DNA of 64,000 nucleotides from Escherichia coli (GTDB lineage Bacteria; Pseudomonadota; Gammaproteobacteria; Enterobacterales; Enterobacteriaceae): NCBI RefSeq assembly GCF_041886205.1, contig NZ_CP169029.1; one strand, 5' to 3'. Shown piece by piece: positions 13,561 to 26,196 of this stretch (position 1 is its first letter; each line of letters starts with the position of its first letter). The notes under the pieces were generated by a model. It saw only the letters and a program-made list of their open reading frames with translations, ran no database searches and was not told where the DNA came from. The position numbers and the translations under genes were made by a program.

Positions 13561-14445
13561 ATGAAAAAAACATTACTGGCAGCCGGTGCGGTACTGGCGC
13601 TCTCTTCGTCTTTTACTGTCAACGCAGCTGAAAACGACAAACCGCAGTATCTTTCCGACTGGTGGCACCAGAGCGTTAACGTTGTCGGAAGCTATCACAC
13701 CCGTTTCGGACCGCAGATCCGCAACGATACCTACCTTGAGTACGAAGCATTCGCTAAAAAAGACTGGTTCGACTTCTATGGTTATGCGGATGCGCCGGTA
13801 TTCTTCGGCGGTAACTCCGATGCCAAAGGTATCTGGAACCACGGTTCTCCGCTGTTTATGGAAATCGAACCACGTTTCTCCATCGACAAGCTGACCAATA
13901 CTGACCTTAGCTTCGGTCCGTTCAAAGAGTGGTACTTCGCGAACAACTACATTTACGACATGGGTCGTAATAAAGATGGTCGCCAGAGCACCTGGTACAT
14001 GGGTCTGGGTACCGATATCGACACTGGCCTGCCGATGAGCCTGTCCATGAACGTCTATGCGAAATACCAGTGGCAGAACTATGGCGCAGCGAACGAAAAC
14101 GAGTGGGACGGTTACCGTTTCAAAATTAAATACTTTGTGCCGATTACCGATCTGTGGGGCGGTCAGCTGAGCTACATCGGCTTCACCAACTTCGACTGGG
14201 GTTCCGATTTAGGGGATGACAGCGGTAACGCAATCAGCGGTATTAAGACCCGTACTAATAACTCTATCGCTTCCAGCCATATTCTGGCTCTGAACTACGA
14301 TCACTGGCACTACTCTGTCGTAGCTCGTTACTGGCACGACGGTGGTCAGTGGAACGACGATGCAGAACTGAACTTCGGCAACGGCAACTTCAACGTTCGC
14401 TCTACCGGCTGGGGTGGTTACCTGGTAGTAGGTTACAACTTCTAA
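13561..14445 (+). CDS. tsx: Nucleoside-specific outer-membrane channel Tsx (294 aa)
   Basis: Translation from the ATG at 13561 begins [22 protein letters not shown] (signal peptide) and ends with a C-terminal aromatic residue. Confidence 0.95.
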   Translation: MKKTLLAAGAVLALSSSFTVNAAENDKPQYLSDWWHQSVNVVGSYHTRFGPQIRNDTYLEYEAFAKKDWFDFYGYADAPVFFGGNSDAKGIWNHGSPLFMEIEPRFSIDKLTNTDLSFGPFKEWYFANNYIYDMGRNKDGRQSTWYMGLGTDIDTGLPMSLSMNVYAKYQWQNYGAANENEWDGYRFKIKYFVPITDLWGGQLSYIGFTNFDWGSDLGDDSGNAISGIKTRTNNSIASSHILALNYDHWHYSVVARYWHDGGQWNDDAELNFGNGNFNVRSTGWGGYLVVGYNF

Positions 14446-14455
14446 TTGTGAGAAT

Positions 14456-14481
14456 GCCGGATTTCATATCCGGCATTTTTT
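14456..14481 (+). terminator. Rho-independent terminator downstream of tsx
   Basis: GCCGGATttcatATCCGGC hairpin followed by ATTTTTTAT, 10 nt after the tsx stop and abutting the yajD stop. Confidence 0.8.
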
Positions 14482-14482
14482 A

Positions 14483-14830
14483 TCACTTCTTCTTGTTCAT
14501 CATCGCTTTCAGGTCAGCGAATGGGTTGTACTTCGCTTCACCGACATCTTTCTGCGCATCTTCCCCTGCGATAACGGTCGTACCATACTGATCCGCTTCG
14601 GTATATTTCGAATGCTCATGATCGTGGCAATAGAGACAAAGCAATTCCCAGTTACTGCCATCTTCCGGGTTATTGGTATGGTCGTGATCAATGTGGTGAA
14701 CGGTAAGTTCACGCAGGTTGGAATAAACAAACTCGCGGGAACAGCGACCGCAGACCCACGGATAGATTTTTAATGCTTTTTCGCGATAGCCGCTTTCTAA
14801 CCGCGCATAGTTTTTTGGGATGATAGCCAT
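14483..14830 (-). CDS. yajD: HNH-family nuclease YajD
   Basis: 115 aa, MAIIPKNYARLESGYREKAL..., HNH motif with conserved Cys/His (CGRC ... HHIDHDH ... CLYCHDHEH). Confidence 0.93.
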   Translation of the reverse strand: MAIIPKNYARLESGYREKALKIYPWVCGRCSREFVYSNLRELTVHHIDHDHTNNPEDGSNWELLCLYCHDHEHSKYTEADQYGTTVIAGEDAQKDVGEAKYNPFADLKAMMNKKK

Positions 14831-14907
14831 GAAGAGTTACCTGGATGAAATGTAGGGTTACGCGCAGTTTCCCAAGATGCGGGGATTTTCGCAATCTCCA
14901 TACATCA

Positions 14908-14937
14908 AAAAAAATCCCGATCTTCTGACCGGGATTT
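14908..14937 (-). terminator. Rho-independent terminator downstream of secF
   Basis: On the minus strand AATCCCGgtcagaagatCGGGATT is followed by a run of 8 U, about 20 nt after the secF stop. Confidence 0.75.
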
Positions 14938-14958
14938 TCAACATCAACGGGAACTTGA

Positions 14959-15930
14959 TTAAGGCAGAATTGACGGCTGATCCGCCCCTTCTTTCTCCAC
15001 TTTCTGTTGCAGCATATGCTCACGCTTCATACCCAATTTCAGGGCCAGCGCCGATGCCACATAGATGGAAGATGCAGTACCGATGGAAACACCAATCAGC
15101 ATGGTCAGCGAGAAGCCTTCCAGCACCGGGCCACCGAAGAGATACAGCATCAGGATAACCATCAAGGTAGTACCGGATGTGATCAAGGTACGGTGCAGCG
15201 TCTGGGTCAAGGACACGTTAAAGATTTCGTAAGGCGTACCGCGACGGATCTTGCGGAAGTTTTCACGAATACGGTCCGATACCACGATACTGTCGTTAAG
15301 CGAGTAACCGATAACCGACATCAACGATGCCACAATGGTCAGGTCAATCTCGATATGGAATAACGACAAAATACCCAGCGTAATGATAACGTCGTGCGCC
15401 AGCGCAATAACCACCCCTGCCGCCAGTCGCCACTCAAAGCGGAAACCTACGTACACGAGGATAGACAGCAGCGCTGCCATCAATGCCATCGCACCGGTTT
15501 GCGCAAGGTCTGCCCCCACGCTCGGACCGACGAACTCAATACGCTTCACTGCTGCATTCTGATTGGTGGATTCGTTAATCACCTTCAGAACCTGGCTGCC
15601 CAGCACCTGACCGCCGGTTTCGCCTTCAGCAGGCGGCATACGGACCATGATGTCGTGGCTGCTACCAAAGTTTTGCAGCATTGGCTCTTCAAAACCGGCT
15701 TTTTGCAATGCATCACGCATTACGTCAATTTCAGCCGGTTTTTCGAGCGTAATTTCGATAACCGTACCACCGGTGAAATCCAGCCCCCAGTTAAAGCCGC
15801 GCACGCCCATAATAACGATAGCGGCGATTAACAGCAGACCAGAGATGCCGAAAGCCCAGTAGTCCCAGCGCATAAAGTCATAGACTTTACGGCCGTGGTT
15901 TAGTTGTTCAACAGTATATTCCTGTGCCAC
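14959..15930 (-). CDS. secF: Protein translocase subunit SecF (323 aa, GTG start)
   Basis: Translation from the GTG at 15928-15930 gives (M)[18 protein letters not shown], matching SecF; the longer ORF extension runs into the secD stop. Confidence 0.93.
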
Positions 15931-15940
15931 ATCGCACTCC

Positions 15941-17788
15941 TCAGATTGACAGCTTCTTGACGCGCTTGCCGCCATATAGCAGGTTTACGATGGCACGCGT
16001 ACCGACAATCGCGGTAAACATCGACGTCGCCACACCGATACCGGTAGTAATCGCGAACCCTTTAATTGCCCCGGTACCCACTGCGTACAGGATGATGACT
16101 TTAATCAGCGTGGTGATGTTCGCATCGAAGATAGAACTGAATGCGCCACGATAACCTTCATCAATTGCCTGTTGAACAGTACGTCCGTTGCTCAACTCTT
16201 CTTTAATACGTTCGTTGATCAGTACGTTCGCATCGACCGCTACCGCAAGGGTTAAGACGATACCCGCGATACCTGGCATACTCAGCGTTGCGCCTGGCAA
16301 CAGCGACATAATACCGACGATCAAGATCAAGTTGGCAATCAGAGCACTGGTCGCAATCAGACCAAACTTCTTATAGAAGATGATCATGAACAGAATAGAA
16401 ACCAGCAGACCGGCAAGGCAAGCCTCCAGCCCCTGCTCAATGTTCTGCATACCCAGGGTCGGGCCAATGGTACGTTCTTCAACAATCTGAATCGGCGCGA
16501 TCAACGCACCGGCACGCAGCAGCAGTGACAGCTGACGGGCTTCGTTCGGGTTGTTGATACCGGTGATACGGAAGCTGTTACCCAGACGAGACTGGATGTT
16601 GGCGATGTTAATCACCTCTTCCTGTTTCACCAGAACCGCACGACCATTTGCATCTTTCTTACCGCTGTCTTTGTACTCCACAAACAGGGTTGCCATCGGT
16701 TTGCCGATGTTGTCCTTAGTGAAGTTAGACATGATGTTACCACCAGCGCTATCGAGCGAGATGTTAACCTGCGGCTGGTTGTATTCGTCCTGGCTGGAAG
16801 TGGAGTCGGTGATATGGTCACCGGTCAGAATTACGCGTTTGTACAGCACAACTGGCTGACCTTCGCGGGTCTGTTTCACTTCAGAGTCGCCCGGTACGCG
16901 ACCGGATGCCGCAGCGGCCTGGTCAACGTTGGTGTTTACCAGACGGAATTCCAGCGTTGCCGTCGCACCCAGAATCTCTTTCGCACGCGCAGTGTCCTGA
17001 ATACCTGGCAGTTCAACAACGATACGGTCAGCACCCTGACGCTGAACCACCGGCTCCGCCACGCCAAGTTGGTTTACACGGTTACGCAGGATATTGATGT
17101 TCTGCTGCACCGCATATTCACGCGCTTCACTCAGACGAGCATCGCTCATTACCGCACGCAGCTGGTTGCTGCCCTGGCTACTAATCACCAGGTCCGGATG
17201 GCGCTTGCTCAGATACGCAATGGCTTCATCACGAGCTTTAGCATCGCGGAAAGTAATGCTCAGGCCGTAGTTGTTTTCTTTACGAACGGTGGTATACGGG
17301 ATGCCCTTTTCACGCAGATCGCTGCGCAGGCTATCGATATTTTGTTCCTGGAGTTTGCCAAGCGCGGTGTCCATATCCACTTCCATCAGGAAGTGAACGC
17401 CGCCACGCAGGTCAAGGCCGAGCTTCATCGGCTCAGCGTGAATAGCTGCCAGCCAGCGCGGCGTTGCCGGGGCAAGGTTAAGCGCCACGACGTATTTGTC
17501 ACCCATAACGCCCATTAATGCTTCACGAGCGCGCAGCTGGGTGTCAGTGGAGTCGAAGCGCGCAAGAATAGCGCCCTCTTCCAGTGCCACAGACTTAGCA
17601 GTTATTTTTTCTTCTTGTAACGTTTTCTGGACCTGGATCAGCGTTTGCTCACTGGCGGCGACTCCGCGCGCACCAGTGATCTGAACAGCCGGATCCTCAC
17701 CAAACAGGTTGGGAAGCGCATACAGCAGACCGATGACAATCACCACGATCAGCATGACGTACTTCCACAAAGGATAACGGTTTAACAC
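15941..17788 (-). CDS. secD: Protein translocase subunit SecD
   Basis: 615 aa, [36 protein letters not shown]. Confidence 0.96.
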   Translation of the reverse strand: MLNRYPLWKYVMLIVVIVIGLLYALPNLFGEDPAVQITGARGVAASEQTLIQVQKTLQEEKITAKSVALEEGAILARFDSTDTQLRAREALMGVMGDKYVVALNLAPATPRWLAAIHAEPMKLGLDLRGGVHFLMEVDMDTALGKLQEQNIDSLRSDLREKGIPYTTVRKENNYGLSITFRDAKARDEAIAYLSKRHPDLVISSQGSNQLRAVMSDARLSEAREYAVQQNINILRNRVNQLGVAEPVVQRQGADRIVVELPGIQDTARAKEILGATATLEFRLVNTNVDQAAAASGRVPGDSEVKQTREGQPVVLYKRVILTGDHITDSTSSQDEYNQPQVNISLDSAGGNIMSNFTKDNIGKPMATLFVEYKDSGKKDANGRAVLVKQEEVINIANIQSRLGNSFRITGINNPNEARQLSLLLRAGALIAPIQIVEERTIGPTLGMQNIEQGLEACLAGLLVSILFMIIFYKKFGLIATSALIANLILIVGIMSLLPGATLSMPGIAGIVLTLAVAVDANVLINERIKEELSNGRTVQQAIDEGYRGAFSSIFDANITTLIKVIILYAVGTGAIKGFAITTGIGVATSMFTAIVGTRAIVNLLYGGKRVKKLSI

Positions 17789-17815
17789 GGCAATTCCCTT
17801 AGGGAAAAATTTTAA

Positions 17816-18148
17816 TTACAGCGCCTTCATGGTGCCTTTCGGCAGGACGGCAGCTACGAAGTCACGTTTAATAACTACTTCAGTGGTGTCATTCAGCGCG
17901 ATAGCAATGTAGCCGTTTTCTGCTACTTTGGTTACGCGACCAACCAGGCCACCGTTCGTCAGAACTTCATCACCTTTCGCGATGGAGTCCATCAGCTTTT
18001 TGTGTTCTTTGGTGCGCTTCTGCTGTGGACGCAGGATCATGAAATAGAAAATCAGACCGAATACCACCAGCATCAAAATCAAAGACATCGGGCTACCTTG
18101 CGCCGGTGCACCCGTTGCCGCTACCGCATCAGAAATAAAAAAGCTCAT
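17816..18148 (-). CDS. yajC: Sec translocon accessory subunit YajC (110 aa)
   Basis: Translation from the ATG at 18148 begins MSFFISDAVAATGAPAQGSPMSLILMLVVFGLIFYFM. Confidence 0.93.
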   Translation of the reverse strand: MSFFISDAVAATGAPAQGSPMSLILMLVVFGLIFYFMILRPQQKRTKEHKKLMDSIAKGDEVLTNGGLVGRVTKVAENGYIAIALNDTTEVVIKRDFVAAVLPKGTMKAL

Positions 18149-18170
18149 TAAATTTCCCTCATTATTAATA

Positions 18171-19313
<1,143 letters not shown>

Positions 19314-19352
19314 TCAGAAAAACAGTCCAACGTTTAAACCAGCGCCGCGGAA

Positions 19353-20423
19353 TTACTCCCCGACGCGCTCATTAATTGCCTGCGGATTGTACGTGATAAA
19401 CATCGCATCACCGTAACTAAAAAAGCGATATTTCTCTTCTACCGCCGCTTTATAGGCATTCATGGTGTGTTGATAACCGGCAAAGGCCGAAACCAGCATA
19501 ATCAGCGTCGACTCTGGCAAGTGGAAGTTCGTCACCAGCGCATCGACCACTTTGTACTGGAAGCCCGGATAGATAAAGATTTGGGTATCGTCAAAGAACG
19601 GTTCAATGAGATCGTTTTTTGCCGCCTGTGCCGCGCTTTCCAGCGAACGTACTGAAGTGGTGCCAACCGCAATCACCCGGTTACCGCGCGCTTTCGCCGC
19701 CAGTACCGCGTCTACCACATCCTGCGGTACTTCAGCGTATTCCGAGTGCATGATGTGATCTTCAATGGTGTCGACGCGCACCGGCTGGAAGGTGCCCGCA
19801 CCAACGTGCAACGTCACAAACGCCATCTCCACGCCTTTGGCGCGCAATTTTTCCAGCAAAGGCTCGTCAAAATGCAGACCAGCGGTCGGGGCTGCAACCG
19901 CGCCCGGTTTTTCGCTATAAACGGTTTGATAAAGTTCGCGGTCAGCGTCTTCGTCCGGACGGTCGATATACGGCGGCAGCGGCATATGGCCGATACTGTT
20001 GAGGATATCCAGTACCGAACGATCATCATTAAATTCGACTTCAAACAGTGCGCCGTGGCGCGCGGTCATTGTTGCGTTAATACTTTCGTCATCGCCCAGC
20101 AGCAGTTCTGCGCCAGGTTTTGGCGCTTTCGAGGCGCGAATATGCGCAAGAATGCGTTTGTCGTCGAGCATCCGCTCAACCAGCACTTCAATCTTGCCGC
20201 CGCTGGCTTTACGCCCAAACAGGCGCGCCGGGATCACGCGAGTATTATTAAAAACCAGAAGATCGCCGGGGTTGAGCTTATCGAGTAAATCGGTGAAAGT
20301 ACCGTGCGTCAGCGCGCCCGTCGGCCCGTCCAGCGACAGTAAACGACAGCTACTGCGTTCAGGCATGGGATAATGGGCAATCAGGGATTCGGGCAATTCA
20401 AAGGAGAAATCGGTAACGCGCAT
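19353..20423 (-). CDS. queA: S-adenosylmethionine:tRNA ribosyltransferase-isomerase
   Basis: 356 aa, [31 protein letters not shown]. Confidence 0.96.
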   Translation of the reverse strand: MRVTDFSFELPESLIAHYPMPERSSCRLLSLDGPTGALTHGTFTDLLDKLNPGDLLVFNNTRVIPARLFGRKASGGKIEVLVERMLDDKRILAHIRASKAPKPGAELLLGDDESINATMTARHGALFEVEFNDDRSVLDILNSIGHMPLPPYIDRPDEDADRELYQTVYSEKPGAVAAPTAGLHFDEPLLEKLRAKGVEMAFVTLHVGAGTFQPVRVDTIEDHIMHSEYAEVPQDVVDAVLAAKARGNRVIAVGTTSVRSLESAAQAAKNDLIEPFFDDTQIFIYPGFQYKVVDALVTNFHLPESTLIMLVSAFAGYQHTMNAYKAAVEEKYRFFSYGDAMFITYNPQAINERVGE

Positions 20424-20515
20424 GACACTGACTCAGACTAAAATAAGAGGCGGGTAGTCTAGTGCCGGGGCGCTCTCCCTGCAACCTTTACCCCCCTTTG
20501 GATAGAATATGATCG

Positions 20516-21097
20516 ATGAATTTTTTAGCTCACCTGCATTTAGCCCATCTCGCGGAAAGCTCGCTTTCCGGCAATTTACTGGCTGATTTCGTACGCGGAA
20601 ATCCTGAAGAAAGTTTTCCGCCCGACGTCGTGGCTGGCATTCATATGCATCGACGTATCGACGTATTGACTGACAATCTGCCGGAAGTCCGCGAAGCACG
20701 GGAGTGGTTTCGTCGTGAAACCCGCCGCGTTGCGCCTATTACGCTGGATGTCATGTGGGATCACTTTCTTTCCCGCCACTGGTCGCAGCTGTCGCCGGAC
20801 TTTCCGCTACAGGAATTTGTCTGTTATGCCCGCGAGCAAGTGATAACGATTTTGCCAGACTCACCGCCACGCTTTATCAATCTGAACAACTACTTATGGT
20901 CAGAGCAATGGCTGGTGCGCTATCGCGATATGGATTTCATCCAGAACGTGTTAAACGGCATGGCAGGCCGTCGCCCACGTCTGGATGCCCTGCGTGACTC
21001 CTGGTACGATTTAAACGCCCATTATGCCGCCCTCGAAACCCGCTTCTGGCAGTTTTATCCGCGGATGATGGCGCAGGCGTCACGCAAGGCGCTCTGA
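20516..21097 (+). CDS. acpH: Acyl carrier protein phosphodiesterase
   Basis: 193 aa, [32 protein letters not shown]. Confidence 0.94.
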   Translation: MNFLAHLHLAHLAESSLSGNLLADFVRGNPEESFPPDVVAGIHMHRRIDVLTDNLPEVREAREWFRRETRRVAPITLDVMWDHFLSRHWSQLSPDFPLQEFVCYAREQVITILPDSPPRFINLNNYLWSEQWLVRYRDMDFIQNVLNGMAGRRPRLDALRDSWYDLNAHYAALETRFWQFYPRMMAQASRKAL

Positions 21098-21117
21098 AAC
21101 TTCAAACTCCGGCGTCA

Positions 21118-22587
21118 CTATTTTTTAGCATTCGCATCCAGCGGGGCGGCATAACAACTGTAAGTAAAACATTCGCTGGAATGATTGGCGATATCTTTAA
21201 AGTTGCTTTCAGCAACCCCCTCGAACATGAGTACCGTTCTGGATAACTCTCCGTTTTCATTTATATGTGGAAAATCAAATTGGCTACTGAATCGCCATAC
21301 ATCTGTCTTTTCTGGCTCGCTGTTCACAGAGATACGTCGATGGAAGACCCCTCCTGAAAACGTGCGCCAGAACAATAGTTGATCAATATCTTGTAATATC
21401 GCAGTCTTGGATGCTATTTGACGTAGTAAACCTGCATACCGTGGACTGCCATTACGAGCAACATTATGCAAACCCTGACTAAAAGCATCAAACAAACAAT
21501 AGATGTGATCACTAGTGAAAAAAGGTCTTAATTTTTTTTGTTCTTCATCTCTGTAATCCAGGAGCATCTCATTGATTTCTTCCGGTGAGAAATTTAAGAC
21601 AAAATTATCCTCAGGATTTGATTCTTTCTTGTTTTTTTCACTATTCTTCTCCTCAATGGTCTTCGCATTTTGTTTCGCAATTATTTCCGCAGTTTTTTTC
21701 GCATTTTCTTCCTCAGTTTTTTTCGCAATTTTTTCCGCAATTTTTTCCCGAGTTTTTGATTTTAGACTAACACCATCGATGTCAACCGGTGTTGTTTTCA
21801 GATCTCTCTGCGCGTCTTTCAAATTTGTCTTATAGAGATCGGGCACTTTATCGGCAGATAAGTATCCGGATGAAGAAATCTGGTGTGTTCGCATGGGGGG
21901 CTGTTCACAAAGCATCGAGGCTATATCGGCTCTAAACTCTTTTACATTAAAGTTATCGGCATTAACCTTCCCTGCTATAAACCCCGCATCGGCAATTTTC
22001 TTCTCTAATTGTTTTGTACGTTTAGAATAATGAGCGTTGTTATCATAAAACTTTTCAAGAAGGGCCCACTCCTCAAGTTGCCTTATGTGATTTTTCAACT
22101 GTTGATGATCTATTTTATATTCATGTGTACTAGAATCATTTTGGTTGCAGGAGTTACAGATTTTTAAGCATAATTTTCCATCATAATTATTATCTATGGT
22201 ATCAGTGAAAATATAGGACACTTCAATACTCTGCCCGTTCTTATCAGTCATCTCATATGACCATTGCCCCGTTCGTTTCGCATTCTTAATGAGTTCGATG
22301 GACTCTGCAGGACAACCATGAAGAATGGGCAGAATTTTATCAGGATGCTTAATGAGTAAAATTATTATATTTACAATATTTGAAAAGAAATCTTTGCTAT
22401 TTTTTATTTCATCGATTTTTTCCGCTGAAATGTTTACTAAGTTTTCATTTCCGGAAATGAAAAGCAATTTGCCATGGGGGCTTTTTTTAAATTGTTCTTC
22501 TGTTTTAGAAATGACATCCTCTTTAAAAGGTGGCAACTCAGTACCAGTAATAAACGGTTTCAATAAATTCGAATTTGAAATTGTCAT
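21118..22587 (-). CDS. Hypothetical protein, 489 aa from the ATG at 22587 (longest ORF extends to 22665); AT-rich accessory gene with a central Lys/Glu/Ala-rich repeat
   Basis: Long intact ORF on the minus strand; GGAG sits 7 nt upstream of the ATG at 22585-22587 (MTISNSNLLKPF...); no homolog recognised from memory; visibly lower GC than flanking genes. Confidence 0.75.
   Translation of the reverse strand: MTISNSNLLKPFITGTELPPFKEDVISKTEEQFKKSPHGKLLFISGNENLVNISAEKIDEIKNSKDFFSNIVNIIILLIKHPDKILPILHGCPAESIELIKNAKRTGQWSYEMTDKNGQSIEVSYIFTDTIDNNYDGKLCLKICNSCNQNDSSTHEYKIDHQQLKNHIRQLEEWALLEKFYDNNAHYSKRTKQLEKKIADAGFIAGKVNADNFNVKEFRADIASMLCEQPPMRTHQISSSGYLSADKVPDLYKTNLKDAQRDLKTTPVDIDGVSLKSKTREKIAEKIAKKTEEENAKKTAEIIAKQNAKTIEEKNSEKNKKESNPEDNFVLNFSPEEINEMLLDYRDEEQKKLRPFFTSDHIYCLFDAFSQGLHNVARNGSPRYAGLLRQIASKTAILQDIDQLLFWRTFSGGVFHRRISVNSEPEKTDVWRFSSQFDFPHINENGELSRTVLMFEGVAESNFKDIANHSSECFTYSCYAAPLDANAKK
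21650..21770. repeat. Imperfect tandem repeat inside the hypothetical ORF
   Basis: Plus strand repeats TTTTTTCGCAATT(A/T)TTTCCGCA-like units; on the coding strand this is REKIAEKIAKKTEEENAKKTAEIIAKQNAK. It also generates spurious plus-strand ORFs at 21572-21835. Confidence 0.7.
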
Positions 22588-22693
22588 ATCTTTGCTCCAA
22601 TACAGGGTTATCCTGGAGCATGTTGTACATAACCTCATGGGCAAAGAATACCAAAAATCGCTCATATCGAACGGGACAAATATTTAACAAACT

Positions 22694-22741
22694 CAGCCCT
22701 GACATTGAGCAGCTTTTTTGCGCTGCGTAGTGTCAGGGCTG
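22694..22741 (-). terminator. Inverted-repeat hairpin downstream of malZ (candidate terminator / insertion boundary)
   Basis: Perfect 11-bp arms CAGCCCTGACA ... TGTCAGGGCTG around a 26-nt loop holding an inner stem and a T6 run; lies between the malZ stop and the start of the hypothetical ORF. Confidence 0.5.
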
Positions 22742-22774
22742 GTGACTAACGACGTAACAAATAAAACAGATGCT

Positions 22775-24589
22775 TTAGTTCATCCACACCGTAGCCGAAA
22801 TGGCAGGCAAAGCCAGAATCCCGTCTGTCAGTTGCCCATGGCCTTCTTTGCGTTGCCATTGCGCAACATTAAGCAACGGTGACGCGGGTAGCACCACTTC
22901 ACAGGCCTCGCCACGGTTGATTGCCACCAGTACACGCTGCTGATTCAGCACGCGGACAAATACCACCACGTTATCTTCCGCATACAGCACCTGACAGCCA
23001 CCACGACGCAGCGCCTGACTTTTCTTACGCAGCGCAATCATTCGCTGGTACAGCGCGAATATCGCCGTATCCTGCTTTTCCACCTGCCAGGGGAACGGTT
23101 TACGGCAAAACGGATCATTTTTGCCATCCAGTCCCACTTCATCACCGTAATAAATGCACGGTACACCAGGCCAGGTGAACAGCCAGACCACCGCCAGCGG
23201 CAGGCGCGCAATATCCCGACCGAGCAGCGTTTTAAATCGCGCAGTATCGTGGCTATCGAGCTGATTAAACATACGTAATTGTTGTTGATGAGAAAGCCCT
23301 GCGCGGTAATTATCCATCCAGGCCATACAGGTTTGGGCATCAATTTGCTGCGGATCATAAGAGATATCGGTATTGGCAAGAAATCCCCACAACGGGAATG
23401 TGAAGCCGCGATAGTTCATGGCGGCATCTTCCACATCGGCCTGTAACCATTGCCGTGCATCGCCAAAATGTTCGCCGACAATATACGCTTCCGGCTGGGT
23501 TTCTTTCGCCGCTTCGGTGATCCCGGCAACGTGCTGCATATTATTGCGCGCCCCACCCGCCTCCCCCAGCATATGCACCACATCCAGCCGCCAGCCGTCC
23601 ATATTCCACGGCGCTTTCAGCCAGTGGCGGACAATACTGTCTTCCCCGCGATAAATTTCATTCACCAGACTTTCCGACTGATAATCCAGTTTCGGCAAGC
23701 TGGCATAGCCCAGCCAGTCGAGCGCCGTGCCATCATCACTAAACGAGTACCATTCGCGCCAGGGGGATTCGGGGTTGTGACAAGCACCACCCGTGCCACG
23801 ATTATGCCTGTCAAACCAGGCATGGGAATCGCCACTGTGGTTAAACACGCCGTCCAGCACCAGCCGCATTCCCAGCTGCAGCGTATTGTGTCGCAAACGT
23901 AACAACGCCCCATCACCGCCAAACTGCGGATCGACATGGCGATAATCCTCGGTATCGTATTTATGTACGCTCGGGGCTTTAAACACAGGATTAAGATACA
24001 GCGCCGTCACGCCAAGCTTTTTCAGATACGGCAGTTTTTCGCTTATCCCGTCCAGATCGCCGCCATAGAACGTTGATCCGCCCGCCTGCGCCGTGACCGG
24101 TTCATCCCAGTCACGCAAGATGATCTCTTGTCCGGCTGCATGATGGTAATAGACATGATCCTGTTCAGCTTCACGAGGAAGACTACGCGCAAAACGATCA
24201 GGGAAGATCTGATAAAAAATCTGATCCGCAGCCCATTGTGGGCCGATATCCGGTACATCGACGGCAAACTGCTCCAGTCGTGCCGGCGGCATTCGGCTGA
24301 AGCCCTGCGGTGTAAACCAACGCTGGCGATCGTGCCACAGCAGTTTGAAACTGTAACGCCGCCGGGGTTGTCCGCTGGAGAGATCAATCGCCGCACGCCA
24401 TGCGGTGACGCCTGGCTGCGGCTGACTGCGCTGCTTATGCATCGGTACTGACATTTCTTCGTTATCGTGTTCTGTACGCAGCATAATGCGCTGCGGTGGG
24501 TCTTCGCCCGTCAGCCACAGTGTAATGAGCAGTTGATCTTTGCTTTGTTTAACAAATGGGGGCACCGGCAGGTGCCATGCATTTAACAT
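22775..24589 (-). CDS. malZ: Maltodextrin glucosidase (604 aa)
   Basis: Translation [32 protein letters not shown] from the second ATG; GH13 alpha-amylase family. Confidence 0.94.
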   Translation of the reverse strand: MLNAWHLPVPPFVKQSKDQLLITLWLTGEDPPQRIMLRTEHDNEEMSVPMHKQRSQPQPGVTAWRAAIDLSSGQPRRRYSFKLLWHDRQRWFTPQGFSRMPPARLEQFAVDVPDIGPQWAADQIFYQIFPDRFARSLPREAEQDHVYYHHAAGQEIILRDWDEPVTAQAGGSTFYGGDLDGISEKLPYLKKLGVTALYLNPVFKAPSVHKYDTEDYRHVDPQFGGDGALLRLRHNTLQLGMRLVLDGVFNHSGDSHAWFDRHNRGTGGACHNPESPWREWYSFSDDGTALDWLGYASLPKLDYQSESLVNEIYRGEDSIVRHWLKAPWNMDGWRLDVVHMLGEAGGARNNMQHVAGITEAAKETQPEAYIVGEHFGDARQWLQADVEDAAMNYRGFTFPLWGFLANTDISYDPQQIDAQTCMAWMDNYRAGLSHQQQLRMFNQLDSHDTARFKTLLGRDIARLPLAVVWLFTWPGVPCIYYGDEVGLDGKNDPFCRKPFPWQVEKQDTAIFALYQRMIALRKKSQALRRGGCQVLYAEDNVVVFVRVLNQQRVLVAINRGEACEVVLPASPLLNVAQWQRKEGHGQLTDGILALPAISATVWMN

Positions 24590-24747
24590 CATAATTCCCC
24601 TGTGATGAAAATCTGATCACCTTGCCATAGCCTAATGCAGGATCACTCATCATCTGAAGGATATTTGGGGGAGGAGGACGGGGGCGGATAACTTTCGGAA
24701 TAGCCGGATCAGGATTTCCTCCTGAACCGGCTTACAGAACGCAAGGA

Positions 24748-26121
24748 TTACTGGTTTTCAGCCAGCTGACGATCGTGGCGACGCTTAAACATCCAGCCAA
24801 TCAACAGCACAACAATCCACGCGAAACCGACATACAGCGAGATACGCGTATCCGGGTGATAACCAATCAACCCGATAATAAAGAGCAGGAAAATCAGCCC
24901 GCCGATGGTCGTTGCTACCCCACCCGGCACTTTAAATTTCAGCGCCTTAACTTCTTCTGGCGGCAAACGGCGACGGAAGGCGATTTGCGACAGCAGGATC
25001 ATAATCCACACCCATACCGTGGCGAAGGTTGCCAGCGAAGCGATCACCAGGAAGACGTTTTCCGGCATGATGTAGTTCAGATACACCGCAAACAGCAGCG
25101 CGGTAGTCATCACCAGCACCGTAACCCACGGAATACCGCGACGCGACGTTTTGCTGAAAATTTTCGGTGCGCTGCCCTGCTCTGCCATACCGTGGAGCAT
25201 ACGGCCTACGCCAAATACGTCACTGTTAATTGCCGACAGCGAAGCAGTCAGCACAACAAAGTTAAGAATGCTGGCGGCAAAGGTAATGCCCATATGCTGG
25301 AACGTCAGCACGAACGGGCTACCGGCAGTGCCAACCTGATTCCACGGGTAGATAGACATAATGACGAACAGCGTACCGACGTAGAACACCAGAATACGCA
25401 TCGGCACGGAGTTAATCGCACGCGGTATCGATTTCTCAGGATCTTTCGCTTCACCGGCGGTAATCCCGATAATTTCGATCCCACCGTAAGCAAACATCAC
25501 CATTTGCAACGACATCACCATCCCAAGCCAGCCGTTACTGAAGAAGCCGCCGTTGCTCCACAGATTATGAATACCGGTCGGTTGCCCGCCGTTGCCAATC
25601 CCCCAGATGATGATGCCGAAACCAGCGACAATCATGATGATGATGGTGGCGACTTTAAAGAACGAGAACCAGAATTCCAGCTCACCGAATACCTTCACGC
25701 TCATCAGGTTTACGGCGCAAATGATCAGCACCACGCTCAGTACCCAAATCCAGTGCGGCACCGTCGGGAACCAGACACCCATATAGATACCAAAAGCGGT
25801 CACATCGGCGATGGCGACAATAAGGATTTCAAAGCAGTAGGTCCATCCGGTAATGTAACCTGCCAGCGGGCCGAGGTTTTCCTGCGCATAACGCGAGAAA
25901 GAGCTGGCGGCCGGGTTATGTACCGACATTTCCCCCAGCGCACGCATAATGATATACGCCGCGATACCACCGATAATATAGGCCAACAACACGCTCGGAC
26001 CGGCCATTTTGATGGCGTCTGCCGAACCGTAAAACAGCCCGGTGCCAATTGCTGAACCCAGTGCCATAAAGCGTATGTGGCGGGTACTTAGCCCACGCTT
26101 TAGCTTGTTCTTACTTTCCAT
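24748..26121 (-). CDS. proY: Proline-specific permease (APC family)
   Basis: 457 aa, [33 protein letters not shown]. Confidence 0.93.
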   Translation of the reverse strand: MESKNKLKRGLSTRHIRFMALGSAIGTGLFYGSADAIKMAGPSVLLAYIIGGIAAYIIMRALGEMSVHNPAASSFSRYAQENLGPLAGYITGWTYCFEILIVAIADVTAFGIYMGVWFPTVPHWIWVLSVVLIICAVNLMSVKVFGELEFWFSFFKVATIIIMIVAGFGIIIWGIGNGGQPTGIHNLWSNGGFFSNGWLGMVMSLQMVMFAYGGIEIIGITAGEAKDPEKSIPRAINSVPMRILVFYVGTLFVIMSIYPWNQVGTAGSPFVLTFQHMGITFAASILNFVVLTASLSAINSDVFGVGRMLHGMAEQGSAPKIFSKTSRRGIPWVTVLVMTTALLFAVYLNYIMPENVFLVIASLATFATVWVWIMILLSQIAFRRRLPPEEVKALKFKVPGGVATTIGGLIFLLFIIGLIGYHPDTRISLYVGFAWIVVLLIGWMFKRRHDRQLAENQ

Positions 26122-26196
26122 CAATTCCTAACCCATCAACACAATAAAAAACCACGGGGCATCGCAGCCCCGTGGTTAAAACAAATGTTCAGTGAT

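Noticed and set aside
21572-21835. Two plus-strand ORFs (87 and 61 aa) with Phe/Ser-rich repetitive translations
   Set aside because: Artefacts of the tandem repeat inside the minus-strand orphan gene; the poly-Phe reading is the antisense of the Lys/Glu codons.
24590-24747. GGAGGA-type MalT boxes upstream of malZ and a possible proY terminator
   Set aside because: MalT-box-like hexamers (GGAGGA) are present, but I could not place them unambiguously relative to a -35 element, and the palindrome after proY lacks a U-run, so neither was called.
24775-26055. 426-aa ORF antisense to proY
   Set aside because: Lies entirely within proY on the other strand; extremely Arg/His/Asp-rich with no hydrophobic core or ribosome-binding site; classic shadow ORF.
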